64,000 nucleotides of DNA from positions 1 to 64,000 of the forward strand of contig CAZWTX010000002.1 of assembly GCA_964637135.1 (NCBI GenBank), in the 5' to 3' direction. This stretch comes from an uncultured Methanospirillum sp. (GTDB lineage: Archaea; Halobacteriota; Methanomicrobia; Methanomicrobiales; Methanospirillaceae). The position numbers and the translations under genes were made by a program. Below the pieces are notes generated by a model. That model was not told where the DNA came from and made no database searches. It was given only the letters and a program-made list of their open reading frames with translations. Positions 30,453-41,587 of this stretch are shown piece by piece; the first letter of the stretch is position 1; the number at the start of each line of letters is the position of its first letter.

Positions 30453-30809
30453 GACGGAGAATTCATCATACCATAACCGGGCATCCCGACAGTAAAACCG
30501 GCATTCCTGGCGGGTAATCAGTATGCCCGAGCCCTTCCCCCCTCTCCCTCCAGGGTATGCCAGACCTCCAATGTCGCGGGAGGATAGTGCATACACCCGG
30601 CAATGAGATGCTATCCCGCAGATGCCGGGGAATAACCATCCGGAAGACGATGACAGCAGTCGGCATCCCAGTTCACTTCCCGTTCAGGGGGCACCCCATT
30701 CCGGTCGGGATCCTGCTAATCAACTGATGATACGAAGGAAAATACCGGTTCCTGACCAGGCATGGACACCTGGTGTCCGGGAGAACAAGAATCAGAAAAA
30801 AGAGGATAC

Positions 30810-31454
30810 ATGAACGTTATTGCAATAAACGGAAGCCCGAGAAAGAGATGGAACACCGCAACCCTGCTTGAACATGCACTTGAAGGAGCAGCGTCACAGG
30901 GAGCTGAAACTGAACTCATCCACCTGTATGATTATGGATACCAGGGATGTACCAGTTGTTTTGCCTGTAAAACAAAGGACGGAAAGAGTTATGGCAGATG
31001 TGCCGTCAGGGATGAGATCACTCCCATCTTCAGCCGGATAGAAGCCGCAGACGCACTCATCCTCGGATCACCGATTTACTATGGAACCATGACCGGGATG
31101 ATGCGGTCATTCACCGAGCGCCTCTTCTTCCCCCACATGACCTATACCATACCATCAGTTTCGCTCTTTCCTAAACGGATGAAAACCGCTTTTATCTACA
31201 CCATGAATGTCTCAGAGCCACAGCTCAAAGAGAAAGGATACCAGTATCACATCGGATTAACCGAACAGGTGATGAACCTCATCTTCGGAGAATCCGAATC
31301 GTTCTTTGCATACGAGACCAGGCAATTCGAAGACTATTCAAAGGTGGTCTTCAGTTATGTCGATCCAGAAGAGCGGGTAAAAAAGGCAGAACAGACATTC
31401 CCTGATGATTGCAGACGGGCATATGAACTCGGGATCCGGCTGGTCACTCCATAA
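30810..31454 (+). CDS. Iron-sulfur flavoprotein (Isf)/multimeric flavodoxin
   Basis: INGSPRKRWNT, GCTSCFAC...C and GSPIYYG motifs; start trimmed to ATG 30810. Confidence 0.92.
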   Translation: MNVIAINGSPRKRWNTATLLEHALEGAASQGAETELIHLYDYGYQGCTSCFACKTKDGKSYGRCAVRDEITPIFSRIEAADALILGSPIYYGTMTGMMRSFTERLFFPHMTYTIPSVSLFPKRMKTAFIYTMNVSEPQLKEKGYQYHIGLTEQVMNLIFGESESFFAYETRQFEDYSKVVFSYVDPEERVKKAEQTFPDDCRRAYELGIRLVTP

Positions 31455-32472
31455 GATCCCTTCCAGGTGGAGACCCCGGCTGCCATCATGGAGGTTTCAT
31501 CCGCGATCATCATATTGACAGAAGGCATCACCACTCAGGAAGGAGAGGGAGGAGGCTGTTGCAACCGATTGCAACTGCCGGAAAATAATTCTATCCGAAA
31601 AATCACGGCAAAATATAATCCCTTGTCCATCCTTGTTCCCGGATGATGAAACCGGATTCAACCGGGGAGGAAGAGATCGTTTCCGGGATCCGGATGAAGA
31701 CGGGAAGAAACCAGAAGAAAGATGCCTCCATGATACCGGATGCCATTCAGACACATTTCTCCTGGTTTTGCCTGCCTGACTTATCCGCTGTTTCAGTCAA
31801 TGCTGGTATGTCACAGGTGAACCGGCCTGACGGAGATGCCTCCGGCAGACTGATCCGCCACGACAGGGAAACCAATCTGCGTTCAGCATGTCCTCCTACC
31901 ATCGCTGTCCTTCATGTATCCCCCCTGTCCGGTGGTGATTCCGGTTCACCGGATTTTGAATGTCTGCAATTCTCTTCACCGGCCAAAAAGGCCACATTTC
32001 CTCCTCCATTTTACACCTGTTCTGAACCGGAACACACCGGAGATGATACACTTCAGGACCGATCCCGGGAACGTGAAACATCAGGATTCCAGAATGAGGA
32101 ACCATATCATGCGTTATCTGAATCTTTTTATTACCGGGAGACAGCGGTTTTGAAGTATCGTATCATTACCGGGGCGGATCAGGTGAGGACCGGTTCTGGA
32201 ATATGCTTCCAGAGGACAATGAACGGATATCCTGACTACAGGTTTTGTCATGACATAAGCCATGATCATATCATCCCGGATGATGAATCCGGCACTGCTG
32301 ATATGATACTTTTTTCTACCACCAGCCGGCCCGGTTTTCAGGATACATCATGCACACACCCCCGGCTGGATGGAGAGAGAACAGCGGGCTTATTCTCACC
32401 TGATCCTCTTCTGGTATCGGCCGGATGGAACACTGAAACCATTAAAGGTTCTCAAAACGAGTATCTGCCTGT

Positions 32473-33954
32473 ATGAAATATCTGATTATTCTTCTCTGTT
32501 TCCTCCTCGCCGGATGCGGGGTTGTCCTGGCAGATGTGAAAACCGGCGATGAACTCTATGCGTCTGCCATGGATGCATTCGATGACCGGAATTACGAAAA
32601 AGCGGCAGCACTCTTTAACCAGTCATCACTCGCATATCGGGAAGCCGGTGACATGACCGGTGTACACCGGGCATTCCTGAAGGAGAAACAGATCGGCTGG
32701 ATCTTCCTTGAAATGGGATTGAATGAAACCACTGCCCACAATGTACTCACCACCATATTCCCTGCCTTCACACCTGATGAGATCGAACGGCTCCTGACGC
32801 CGGAAGCATCTATCCAGTTCGAATCCGATGGAGAAACGCGGTATTTTAACAGTCTGGCCAACAATGTGGCATACCACAACCTCTCCATCATCAGGGCACA
32901 GTTCGAGAAAGCCGGTCATTCTCCCTTCTTTGACGAGATATATCCGCTGACGGCAGCTGAACCATCATTCGAGGGACCGTATGGCAACCCCCATACCTTC
33001 AGTGCCGAGAGTGCCGTCACCCTCCCCCGCAGTCTTCTCCCGGAGAATGGAACGCTGAAGGTCTGGATACCGCTCCCCGTCGAAACGGAAAGCCAGGGAA
33101 ACATTACGGTTCTCTCGGTGGAACCGGCTGCCTACGTGAAGAATGGGCCGATCACGACCGGTGACCTTGGGATGGTATACCTTGAGATCCCCCTGGAGGA
33201 TGTCACCGGGGAGTGGCTGAATATCACCGCCGATTACCGGTTTACGACGTCTGAACGACGGTTTGAGATCGATCCCGGACTGGTCGGTGAGTATGATACC
33301 GGAAGCGATCTCTATTCCACGTATACCCGGTCACAGGAAAACATCGAGCTGACACCAGAAATCGCAGCACTGGCTGAGCAGATCGTCGGAGACGAGACGA
33401 ACCCGTACCGGAAAGCCGAACTGATCTACCGGTATATTATCACCACGTACCCGTACAGCCTCGTTCCCCACACGCATCTTTCGGCGCTCGGGACACCGGA
33501 GTCCACGTTCATGTACGAGACCGGGTTTGGTGACTGCGGAACGCAGAGTATGCTCTTTTCAGCCCTCTGCCGGTCCACCGGTATCCCGGCCAGGGCAGCG
33601 GGGGGCTACCAGCTTGCTCCCGGTCTTGCCGGCACCCATTTCTGGGCTGAATTTTATCTTCCTGTCTATGGATGGATCCCGGTTGACGTCACCATCGCAG
33701 AGAGCAGTGACTGGTCATGGAATGCCACCGAAGCGGAGCGGGATACCTTCAAGGGATATTACTTCGGCAACCTCGATCCCTACCGGTTAACGATGCAGAA
33801 TGACGTGGATGTCCCCTTTAGCCCAAAGCCAGGCGAGGACGCTATTCTCAATATGGTTCACCAGACACCGACTGTCGTCTGTGAAGGAGTGAATGAAGAC
33901 CTGGAACTGCTCGGGATGGAATACTGGACAATCACCCTGAGCGACGTTTCGTAA
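32473..33954 (+). CDS. Secreted transglutaminase-like protein
   Basis: Signal peptide; GDC...ALCRSTGIPAR, HFWAEFY and GWIPVD (Cys-His-Asp triad). Confidence 0.9.
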   Translation: MKYLIILLCFLLAGCGVVLADVKTGDELYASAMDAFDDRNYEKAAALFNQSSLAYREAGDMTGVHRAFLKEKQIGWIFLEMGLNETTAHNVLTTIFPAFTPDEIERLLTPEASIQFESDGETRYFNSLANNVAYHNLSIIRAQFEKAGHSPFFDEIYPLTAAEPSFEGPYGNPHTFSAESAVTLPRSLLPENGTLKVWIPLPVETESQGNITVLSVEPAAYVKNGPITTGDLGMVYLEIPLEDVTGEWLNITADYRFTTSERRFEIDPGLVGEYDTGSDLYSTYTRSQENIELTPEIAALAEQIVGDETNPYRKAELIYRYIITTYPYSLVPHTHLSALGTPESTFMYETGFGDCGTQSMLFSALCRSTGIPARAAGGYQLAPGLAGTHFWAEFYLPVYGWIPVDVTIAESSDWSWNATEAERDTFKGYYFGNLDPYRLTMQNDVDVPFSPKPGEDAILNMVHQTPTVVCEGVNEDLELLGMEYWTITLSDVS

Positions 33955-33961
33955 ATGGATA

Positions 33962-34372
33962 TCAGCCGGAAGAGCTCCTTCCCGGCACACCCTCGTTCTT
34001 TTCAACCAGGGAGCATGAAGCATCCCTCACCGGAACCGGGGGTGCATGCTTTTCAAGATACTCCTTCCCCCAGTCACAGAGCGTTCCCAGAATCGGGATA
34101 ACCGTCTCTCCAAACGGGGTAAGGGAGTACTCCACGCGGGGAGGCACCTCGGCATAGACAACCCGGTTAACAACCGAATCCATCTCAAGTTCACGGAGCT
34201 GCCTGGTCAGCATGCCCTGGGTGATGGAGGGAAGAACCGATCTGATCTCAGTGAACCGGAGCGGACCATTCCGGAGATGCCAGAGGATGACCGGTTTCCA
34301 TTTTCCCCCGATGATGTCGATTGCCGCCTCAATGGGACAATCGAAAATCCTTCTTTTCCGGGATATTTCCAT
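33962..34372 (-). CDS. HxlR family winged-HTH regulator
   Basis: [24 protein letters not shown] and [13 protein letters not shown] motifs; start trimmed. Confidence 0.93.
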   Translation of the reverse strand: MEISRKRRIFDCPIEAAIDIIGGKWKPVILWHLRNGPLRFTEIRSVLPSITQGMLTRQLRELEMDSVVNRVVYAEVPPRVEYSLTPFGETVIPILGTLCDWGKEYLEKHAPPVPVRDASCSLVEKNEGVPGRSSSG

Positions 34373-34495
34373 TAGTACCATTTTAGAGATTATATCAGAA
34401 AAAAGATACTGCACAGCATATCAGGTACCGGTACCAATTTTATGATAGCATCTGATTGCAGACTATTAAACCGGATGCAAAAAAGAAGGAAAAAT

Positions 34496-34657
34496 ATGAC
34501 CGGGGTAACAGAAAAATTCACGACCAGCGATATCGGGAAGAACAAAGAGAACATACCCGAGACCACCATCCGGGTCCATCAGGAACCGGTGCGGATACCG
34601 CATTCATGCACGGCATGCATGGGCTGTATGAGTTATCCGACCGCCAGGAGGGAGTAA
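34496..34657 (+). CDS. Small Cys-motif ORF (CTACMGC), possible mini-protein or Isf fragment
   Basis: 53 aa after AAGGA; ends 1 nt before the Isf TTG start. Confidence 0.35.
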   Translation: MTGVTEKFTTSDIGKNKENIPETTIRVHQEPVRIPHSCTACMGCMSYPTARRE

Positions 34658-34658
34658 T

Positions 34659-35234
34659 TTGAAAGTTCTTGCAATTAACGGAAGCCCACGGAAAGAGGGA
34701 AATACAGCACATCTCCTTGCTGCCGTATGCAGTGAACTCAGGGAGAACGGGATTGAATGTGAGACGATCCATATCGGGGGAAAACCGGTTCACGGATGTA
34801 CTGCCTGCATGAAATGTTTTGAAAACCTGGACCGGCGCTGCGTGATCGATACCGATCCGGTAAATGACTGTATCGAAAAAATGGCAGAGGCAGATGCCTT
34901 CCTCCTCGGATCTCCGACGTATTTCGCGGATATCACCCCTGAACTGAAAGCCCTTATCGATCGGGCAGGATTTGTTGCCATGGCAAACGGGGGATTATTC
35001 AGGAGAAAAGCAGGAGCGGCCGTGATAGCCGTGAGGAGGGGGGGTGCAATCCATGCATATGACACGATCAACCATTTCTTCGGGATCAGCAGCATGATCA
35101 CGGTCGGGTCCTCCTACTGGAACTTCGGGTACGGAATGAATCCCGGTGATGTGGAGCAGGATGCCGAAGGGATGGCCACCATGAAAACGCTCGGCGAGAA
35201 CATGGCCTGGCTGGTCAAAAAGATCCAATCATGA
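34659..35234 (+). CDS. Iron-sulfur flavoprotein (Isf)
   Basis: TTG start after GGAG; INGSPRKEGNT, GCTACMKC...C, GSPTYF, RRGGA and GSSYWN motifs. Confidence 0.93.
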   Translation: MKVLAINGSPRKEGNTAHLLAAVCSELRENGIECETIHIGGKPVHGCTACMKCFENLDRRCVIDTDPVNDCIEKMAEADAFLLGSPTYFADITPELKALIDRAGFVAMANGGLFRRKAGAAVIAVRRGGAIHAYDTINHFFGISSMITVGSSYWNFGYGMNPGDVEQDAEGMATMKTLGENMAWLVKKIQS

Positions 35235-35340
35235 GATCCCGGCGGGAGGCATGATGCAATATACCGGGACGGTTCCCGGGAGGGGGGAGATCCGGTCCCC
35301 CCGGGGAATGGCTAAAGCCGTACAGGGCTGAAAAAAAAGA

Positions 35341-37590
35341 TTACTGGTCAGTGGTTCTGAACTTGTTCATCTCGGCAGAGATGAGATAGATTGACTGTGA
35401 TGCCTCGTTTACTGCCTTTGAGATCTGATCGAGGGCAGCAGAAGTCTCCTCTGTCGCAGAAGAAACGCTGACCGCGATATCCTCGGTTTCCCGGGAAAAT
35501 GTTCCCATCTCAGATACGCTTGCCGTGATCTCCTCGACCGACGCGGCTTCCTCTTCTGATGCCGCCGCGATCTGTTCCATGTTAGTGGCGATATCGGCAA
35601 CGAGCCGGGCAATATTCTGGAACACCGTGAGGGTCTCGCTGACTGCCTTGTTCCCGGATTCGGCCTCCTCAGACGAGTGCTTCACCGTCTCGTAGATCTG
35701 GTCGGTCTTCGTCTGAAGGGTGCTTATGATGGCAGCAATGTGTTCAGCTGACTTCTGGGATTCCTGGGCAAGGGATTTTACCTCTCCGGCGACCACTGCA
35801 AACCCGAGACCTGCTTCTCCTGCCCGTGCTGCCTCGATCGCAGCGTTCAGGGCAAGGAGGTTTGTCTGGTCAGAGATATCAGAGATGATGTCCACGATCT
35901 TGATGATCTCCCGCATCTGGTTTGCCATCTCATTTATCACGGTACTCGTCTCCCTGACCGACTCAGTCACCGCCTGCATCTTTCCTTCAGTCATTTCAGC
36001 AAGGGATGCCCCGTTTTCAGAGATCTCATTCGTCTTTCCGGCCATTCCGGAGACATCGTTGGTCCGCTGGGCAATGGTGGTCACGGTCGTGGAGAGATCT
36101 TCCATCGTCTGGAGCACCTGCTGGATGTTGTTGCTGCTCTTCTCGGAGAGTTCGCTAACTTTGGTTGAGCTCACGGCAAGCTCATGGCTTCCCGCACTGA
36201 CTCCCTCAAGGCTTGCGTTCGTCTCCTCCATGCTCGCAACGAGGGCTTCAACCTGTTTCTTCACCTCGTTCATGGCACCGGATGATTTTATCCCGATTGC
36301 ATTGAGTGCATCGCGGAAGGGGATCAGATCCCCGCTCACCGGTACAGAGGGATCAAACCGGTCGGTGAAGATGCCCCCGGCATAGGAACCGGCAAGGCGG
36401 ATCGCTTCCTGGAGGGGGGCAATGAGGGTGTTAAGCGTCTCGTTAAACCCGCCGATGATCTCCCGGTACCTGCCTGAGAAGGCAGAGATGTCTCCCTGGA
36501 CCGTCAGGTCGCCTGCCGTGGCACGGGTGGTAAGCGTATTTGTCTCCTCGATAAGGCTGTTTATCGTTTCGACCATCTTCACCATGGCAGGGCCGATCTC
36601 ATCAGCATCATCAGTAATGGGGATGTATTGCACCGGTTCCCCGTTGGCGATCTTCTGCATCGTAGCGATCACCTCGTTCTGGAGATTGTCGGCAAACCGG
36701 TCCATCTCCCGCGAAAGTATACCGATCTCGTCATCCTGCTCAAGACCAAGCCGCATCGAGAGATGCCCCTGTACCATCTCCTGGATCATCTCAACCGCCC
36801 GGGTGAGCGGACCAGTCACCGATCGGGAGAAGATAAACCCGATGGCCAGGATAACTGCCACCGTTATCACCACGATAATGATGATCAGAACAATCGTTGA
36901 GGCGATGGCCGCCTGCATGGTCTGAATCAGGTTCTGGTTCTCCTGGGTGAGATATGCTTCAATCTCTTGTGCCGGGGCATTGAATTCATCAATATATGTC
37001 GTGGCTGCGACCACCAGGAGAATTCCATCAGCTGTCGGCTGGTCCGTCGAACTGATGGCAAGATACTTCTGCCGTATCGATCCGTCTGCTTCAAGCCAGT
37101 CATAATACCCGCTTGAGGCATCCTGGGTCTTGATCTTCTCTGCGATGGCATAGAACTCGGGGAGCGTCTCCTTCATCTGGTGGAAATCATAGTTCAGATA
37201 TTGTTCGTTCGGATGGAACCGGCTCATGAGGGTCTTCTTCTCAAAAAATGCAACATACCCGGTCTCCCCCACCTTTTGTGAAGCCAGTGCCTGGAACGAT
37301 GGATCTTTCTGAAGATCGGCCAGTGTTTTCCCCGGATGAGCCGCGAGATAGATATTAATCTGATGTGCCACGTCTTCCGACTTCTGGTTGATGATCTCCT
37401 CCCCCAGGTTGTTGAGGGCGGTCGTGGATGCATCGACGCTTTTATTTCCAATCTCATGGACAAGCGATGACGTGGTCGCTTCTATCCCGTTCAGGCTCAG
37501 GATGGATACGAGGCCTAAGATAAGGAGCGGAATCAGCGAGAGTCCAATCATCATCAGCAGAAGTTTTTTTCGGAAATTCATGTTCATCAC
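35341..37590 (-). CDS. Methyl-accepting chemotaxis protein (Cache-like sensor, HAMP)
   Basis: Two TMs; [30 protein letters not shown]. Confidence 0.96.
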   Translation of the reverse strand: MMNMNFRKKLLLMMIGLSLIPLLILGLVSILSLNGIEATTSSLVHEIGNKSVDASTTALNNLGEEIINQKSEDVAHQINIYLAAHPGKTLADLQKDPSFQALASQKVGETGYVAFFEKKTLMSRFHPNEQYLNYDFHQMKETLPEFYAIAEKIKTQDASSGYYDWLEADGSIRQKYLAISSTDQPTADGILLVVAATTYIDEFNAPAQEIEAYLTQENQNLIQTMQAAIASTIVLIIIIVVITVAVILAIGFIFSRSVTGPLTRAVEMIQEMVQGHLSMRLGLEQDDEIGILSREMDRFADNLQNEVIATMQKIANGEPVQYIPITDDADEIGPAMVKMVETINSLIEETNTLTTRATAGDLTVQGDISAFSGRYREIIGGFNETLNTLIAPLQEAIRLAGSYAGGIFTDRFDPSVPVSGDLIPFRDALNAIGIKSSGAMNEVKKQVEALVASMEETNASLEGVSAGSHELAVSSTKVSELSEKSSNNIQQVLQTMEDLSTTVTTIAQRTNDVSGMAGKTNEISENGASLAEMTEGKMQAVTESVRETSTVINEMANQMREIIKIVDIISDISDQTNLLALNAAIEAARAGEAGLGFAVVAGEVKSLAQESQKSAEHIAAIISTLQTKTDQIYETVKHSSEEAESGNKAVSETLTVFQNIARLVADIATNMEQIAAASEEEAASVEEITASVSEMGTFSRETEDIAVSVSSATEETSAALDQISKAVNEASQSIYLISAEMNKFRTTDQ

Positions 37591-37804
37591 CTCATCATGT
37601 ACAGACTAATCCGGCAGAGATCAGTTGCCAGGTATGCCAGGTTCCCTACGCGGTGAATTGTCGTTCACGATATATAATAACACGCCTCAATCTGATGATT
37701 TACCCTGCCATACAATAGGGAGATTTATTGAATGATTTTCATAAAACACGTCTGCTCCCCGTGGGGAGACCATGATTTTATACTTCCGGCCACCTCTCCC
37801 ATGT

Positions 37805-38110
37805 ATGCAGACATACATCCTGCTCGGACGACTGACCGGACTTGCATGGGAACAGCAGGTCGGGTTTGCAGACCGGGATGCGAGGGCTGAGGAGATAATC
37901 AGGCGATCCGGGGGCAGACTCGTCGCCCTGTATTACACCTTCGGCCAGTACGACTTTATTGCGATCATCGAGGCTCCTTCCGAGGAGTCAATCGCAGCGA
38001 TTCTCCTCGATATCGGGAGGTTCGGGACGGTGAATTCTGAAACGCTCCTGGCCCTGAGACCAGACCAGTTTTACAAAGCAGTGGAGAAAGCCGGGCACCC
38101 GTTGCCATGA
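37805..38110 (+). CDS. GYD domain protein
   Basis: GGRLVALYYTFGQYDFIAIIEAP and SETLLA motifs. Confidence 0.88.
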   Translation: MQTYILLGRLTGLAWEQQVGFADRDARAEEIIRRSGGRLVALYYTFGQYDFIAIIEAPSEESIAAILLDIGRFGTVNSETLLALRPDQFYKAVEKAGHPLP

Positions 38111-38183
38111 ACCGGATCCGGCAGGACTCCGGTATGCCCGGGCACGACGGGTGCAGGGGCCGCTGCCAAAAAAAGGGAGAGGG

Positions 38184-39827
38184 CTACCGCATCACGGCAC
38201 CGGTATCTGCCTGGCCGACCGCCGCCGTGTACCGGGCAAGAATCCCGTCCAGGGAGCGTTCTGGGGGTTTCCAGGCATTTTTCCGGGCCTGGAGAACTCC
38301 TGGTTCGACGAGGAGATCAAGCCGGCGTTCGTGGAGATCGATTACAATCGTATCCCCGTCCTGAACCAGGCCGATCGGCCCGCCGACAGCTGCTTCCGGG
38401 GCAACGTGTCCGATGCAGGGACCACGGGTTCCCCCGGAGAAGCGCCCGTCCGTGATCAGGGTTACCCGGGTATATCCGAGTCCCATCAGGGCAGCGGTCG
38501 GGGAGAGCATCTCCGGCATACCCGGACCGCCGGAAGGCCCCTCGTACCGGATGATGATCACTTCTCCTTCGGTGATGCTACGCGAGAGGATTGCCTTCAT
38601 GGCGGCGGCCTCTCCATCAAACACCCGGGCCGGACCGGTATGCCGCCACATCTCGTCCCGGACCGCACCGCACTTAACCACGGCACCATCCGGAGCAAGG
38701 GTTCCTTTCAGGATCCGAAGTCCCCCGGCCGCATGGACCGGCCGTGATACCGGCTGGATCACGGATTCATCCACGTAGGTTACCTTTTCCGCGATCTCTC
38801 CGACCGTTTTTCCATTCACCGTTGTGCACGGTTCCAGGTGATCCCTGAGCTGCCTGAAGACCGCCGGAATGCCCCCGGCATGATAGAGCGTCTCCATTGA
38901 GTGGGGTCCCCCGGGCTGCATGGCAGCAATATGGGGGATCTGGTCACCGATCCGGTTGAATTCATCAAGACCGAACGGAATACCAGCTTCGGTGGCAATG
39001 GCCATCAGGTGAAGGACGGTGTTGGTCGAGCCGCCGAGGGCCATGTCAACCCTGATGGCATTGCGAAGACTTGCCGGAGTGATGATGTCCCGGGGGAGGA
39101 TGGTGCCGGTGACCAGCTCGACGGCACGGATACCGGTCTTGTAAGCCAGCCGGAGCTTGTGTGCATGGACCGCCGGAATTGCCGCACAGCCGGGGAGGGA
39201 CATCCCCATCGCCTCGGTCATGCAGGCCATGGTATTCGCGGTGTACAGCCCCTGACAGGATCCACAGCCCGGCATCGCAGCGTTCTCAAGTTCCTCGAGT
39301 TCCTCCTCGCTCATCGTTCCGGCGGCCACCTTTCCGACCCCTTCGAAGATATCGGTCAGGGAAAGGGTGCATCCATGATGTTTCCCGGAGAGCATGTTGC
39401 CACCGGTGAGCACGATTGCCGGGATGTTGCACCGGACGGCTGCCATGAGCATTCCGGGAACGATCTTGTCACAGGTACAGATACAGACGATGCCGTCGAA
39501 CCGGTGTGCCCGGATCATGAGTTCGACCGAATCTGCGATGTTTTCCCGCGAGGGAAGCGAGTACCGCATTCCTTCATGTCCCATGGCGATCCCGTCGCAG
39601 ATCCCGATGGTGTTGAATTCAAAGGCTGTTCCCCCACCGGCTGCAACCCCTTCCCTGACCCGCTCCGCGAGGGTCCGCAGGTGCGTGTGGCCGGGGACGA
39701 TCGTATTCCAGGAGTTTGCTATCCCGATGAACGGTTTGTCCATCTCTTCTTCCGAGATCCCAAGTGCCCGGATGAGCGACCGGTTTGGTGCACGGGTATA
39801 GCCTGCCTTTACCTCATCGCTACGCAT
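38184..39827 (-). CDS. ilvD: Dihydroxy-acid dehydratase
   Basis: [20 protein letters not shown] and TDGRFSGG motifs. Confidence 0.98.
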   Translation of the reverse strand: MRSDEVKAGYTRAPNRSLIRALGISEEEMDKPFIGIANSWNTIVPGHTHLRTLAERVREGVAAGGGTAFEFNTIGICDGIAMGHEGMRYSLPSRENIADSVELMIRAHRFDGIVCICTCDKIVPGMLMAAVRCNIPAIVLTGGNMLSGKHHGCTLSLTDIFEGVGKVAAGTMSEEELEELENAAMPGCGSCQGLYTANTMACMTEAMGMSLPGCAAIPAVHAHKLRLAYKTGIRAVELVTGTILPRDIITPASLRNAIRVDMALGGSTNTVLHLMAIATEAGIPFGLDEFNRIGDQIPHIAAMQPGGPHSMETLYHAGGIPAVFRQLRDHLEPCTTVNGKTVGEIAEKVTYVDESVIQPVSRPVHAAGGLRILKGTLAPDGAVVKCGAVRDEMWRHTGPARVFDGEAAAMKAILSRSITEGEVIIIRYEGPSGGPGMPEMLSPTAALMGLGYTRVTLITDGRFSGGTRGPCIGHVAPEAAVGGPIGLVQDGDTIVIDLHERRLDLLVEPGVLQARKNAWKPPERSLDGILARYTAAVGQADTGAVMR

Positions 39828-40032
39828 GTGACTCAGTCAGTATTGGGACGGCGACCTGATGAAGGGAGGGGGTGGTGGTGCATCTGGAGAAGGATGCTGC
39901 ACCACGTCCGCGGGTACCTGAACGAGAAGGAACAGGATTCCGATCTTCCAGAATTCGAGGAGCGTGTTTACCTTATCATACTCCCAGAGGGGAACGTTTT
40001 TTCGGGAATTATCCAGCCGTCTGACAGGGGGA

Positions 40033-40788
40033 TCATGACTTGTTCACGATGCCAATCACCCCGTAGGTGTCATTGTAATACGCATACTTAAGGAACCAGG
40101 GCAGGTACTTCTTCTGGATATCCCGGATGTGAGTAAAATCACGAGTTTTGATAGTTATCAGTTCATGATCTCTGAAATACGAGATCAGATCGTCCATTCT
40201 GACTCCGTTGAAGTTTGGCATGACTGAACTGAGATCCTGGCCGTACCGGATCTGGAACGTCCCTGACTGCATGCAGAGGAACTTGTAAAACCGGAGCATG
40301 AAGAGACAGGCACGTTGTCTTATTCCTTTCGGTTTCCATTGTCCGTCGATAACCATGATCTTTCCGCCCGGTTTGACCACCCGGATCCATTCATGAAAGG
40401 CGGTATCCGGATTTGGAAGTGTCCAGAGCAGGTACCGGCATATCACGAGATCGAAGGAGTTGTCCGGAAAGTCAGGATGTTCTGCATCCCCAAGGACAAA
40501 GGTATAGTCAACTCCGAGATCGACTGCTTTCCTGCGGGCATGGCTCATCATCTTCTCGCTGAAATCAAGCCCGGTCACCTCATGCCCGAGCCTGGCCAGG
40601 TTCAGGCCGATAAACCCGGTCCCGGTTCCGACATCCAGGACTTTCAACGGGTGGTTCCCGAGCAGCTCCCTAAAGTCCTGTTGCCATTGAAGAGATTCCT
40701 CCTCGGTCCCGAGACCATGCTTGTCGTAAAATTCGCTGTTCTTATCCCAGTACTCTTTCACACATTCTTTAATGACACAATCATCCAT
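40033..40788 (-). CDS. Class I SAM methyltransferase (UbiE/Methyltransf_11-like), island copy 1
   Basis: KEYWD, LDVGTGTG, GDAE, RYLLWTLP, EWIRVVKPGG and IDGQW; start overlaps the ATPase stop. Confidence 0.93.
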   Translation of the reverse strand: MDDCVIKECVKEYWDKNSEFYDKHGLGTEEESLQWQQDFRELLGNHPLKVLDVGTGTGFIGLNLARLGHEVTGLDFSEKMMSHARRKAVDLGVDYTFVLGDAEHPDFPDNSFDLVICRYLLWTLPNPDTAFHEWIRVVKPGGKIMVIDGQWKPKGIRQRACLFMLRFYKFLCMQSGTFQIRYGQDLSSVMPNFNGVRMDDLISYFRDHELITIKTRDFTHIRDIQKKYLPWFLKYAYYNDTYGVIGIVNKS

Positions 40789-41587
40789 GTTCTTCTCCGG
40801 AATTGATCTCCCCCCGGGCATTCCTGATTACCTTGCAGGGGATTATATGAGGATTCTTTTGAGAATCGGATAGGATCTCAGCCTCAACCTGATACACTTC
40901 AGATATCAGCCGACAGTCGATAGTCTCTTCCGGGCTTCCTGAGGTGATGATCCGGCCGTCATGCAGAACCGTGACATGATCGGCAAACCGACAGGCCATG
41001 TTGATGTCATGAAGTGATACGATAATCGTGGCCTGATGTTTTGCGGCATATCCGGATATCAGGTCAAAAAGTTCGAGTTGGTACTGGAGATCAAGCGAAT
41101 TCGTCGGTTCATCAAGAAGGAGGAGACGGGGCGTTTTTATCATCGCCTGGGCAAGAAAGATCATCTGACGCTGACCGCCACTGAGTTCGTTTATCAGGCG
41201 ATCCTGCAGATGAGTAATCCCGAGTTCCCGGAAGATGGATCTGACCAGTTCCTCGTCGGTCTTACCTACCCGCCATTTCAGTGACCCGAGCCGGCCGAGA
41301 AGGACCACTTCGTATGCAGTCAGAGCGACATGCGGGCTGATGAACTGGGGCAAATAACTGACCAGGTTTTCTTTCTTCATCAGAAGGTCTTCACCGGCGT
41401 TCTTTTCGTTATACCGGATCTCTCCTGAATAAGGGAGCAGTCCTGCAATACACTTTAAAAGGGTCGTTTTCCCTGACCCGTTTGGTCCGATGAGGGCATG
41501 CACGCCATGGGGGATGATCCCATCGACTCCACGGATAACCTCGGTATCCCCGTATCGGCATCTGACCGCAGACAAATGTATCGTCAC
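40781..41587 (-). CDS. Fe-chelate/cobalamin ABC ATPase (FecE/BtuD-like)
   Basis: GPNGSGKT, LSGGQ, LLDEPT and LHD motifs; GTG 41587 overlaps the permease TGA. Confidence 0.94.
   Translation of the reverse strand: MTIHLSAVRCRYGDTEVIRGVDGIIPHGVHALIGPNGSGKTTLLKCIAGLLPYSGEIRYNEKNAGEDLLMKKENLVSYLPQFISPHVALTAYEVVLLGRLGSLKWRVGKTDEELVRSIFRELGITHLQDRLINELSGGQRQMIFLAQAMIKTPRLLLLDEPTNSLDLQYQLELFDLISGYAAKHQATIIVSLHDINMACRFADHVTVLHDGRIITSGSPEETIDCRLISEVYQVEAEILSDSQKNPHIIPCKVIRNARGEINSGEEHG

Noticed and set aside
31643..32476. 277-aa ORF overlapping the transglutaminase start
   Set aside because: Composition is not protein-like and no motif is visible; treated as spurious, although its ATGA overlap means it is not fully excluded.
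38901..40091. 396-aa plus-strand ORF and similar long antisense ORFs over ilvB, ilvC and the ABC genes
   Set aside because: Antisense to well-supported genes.
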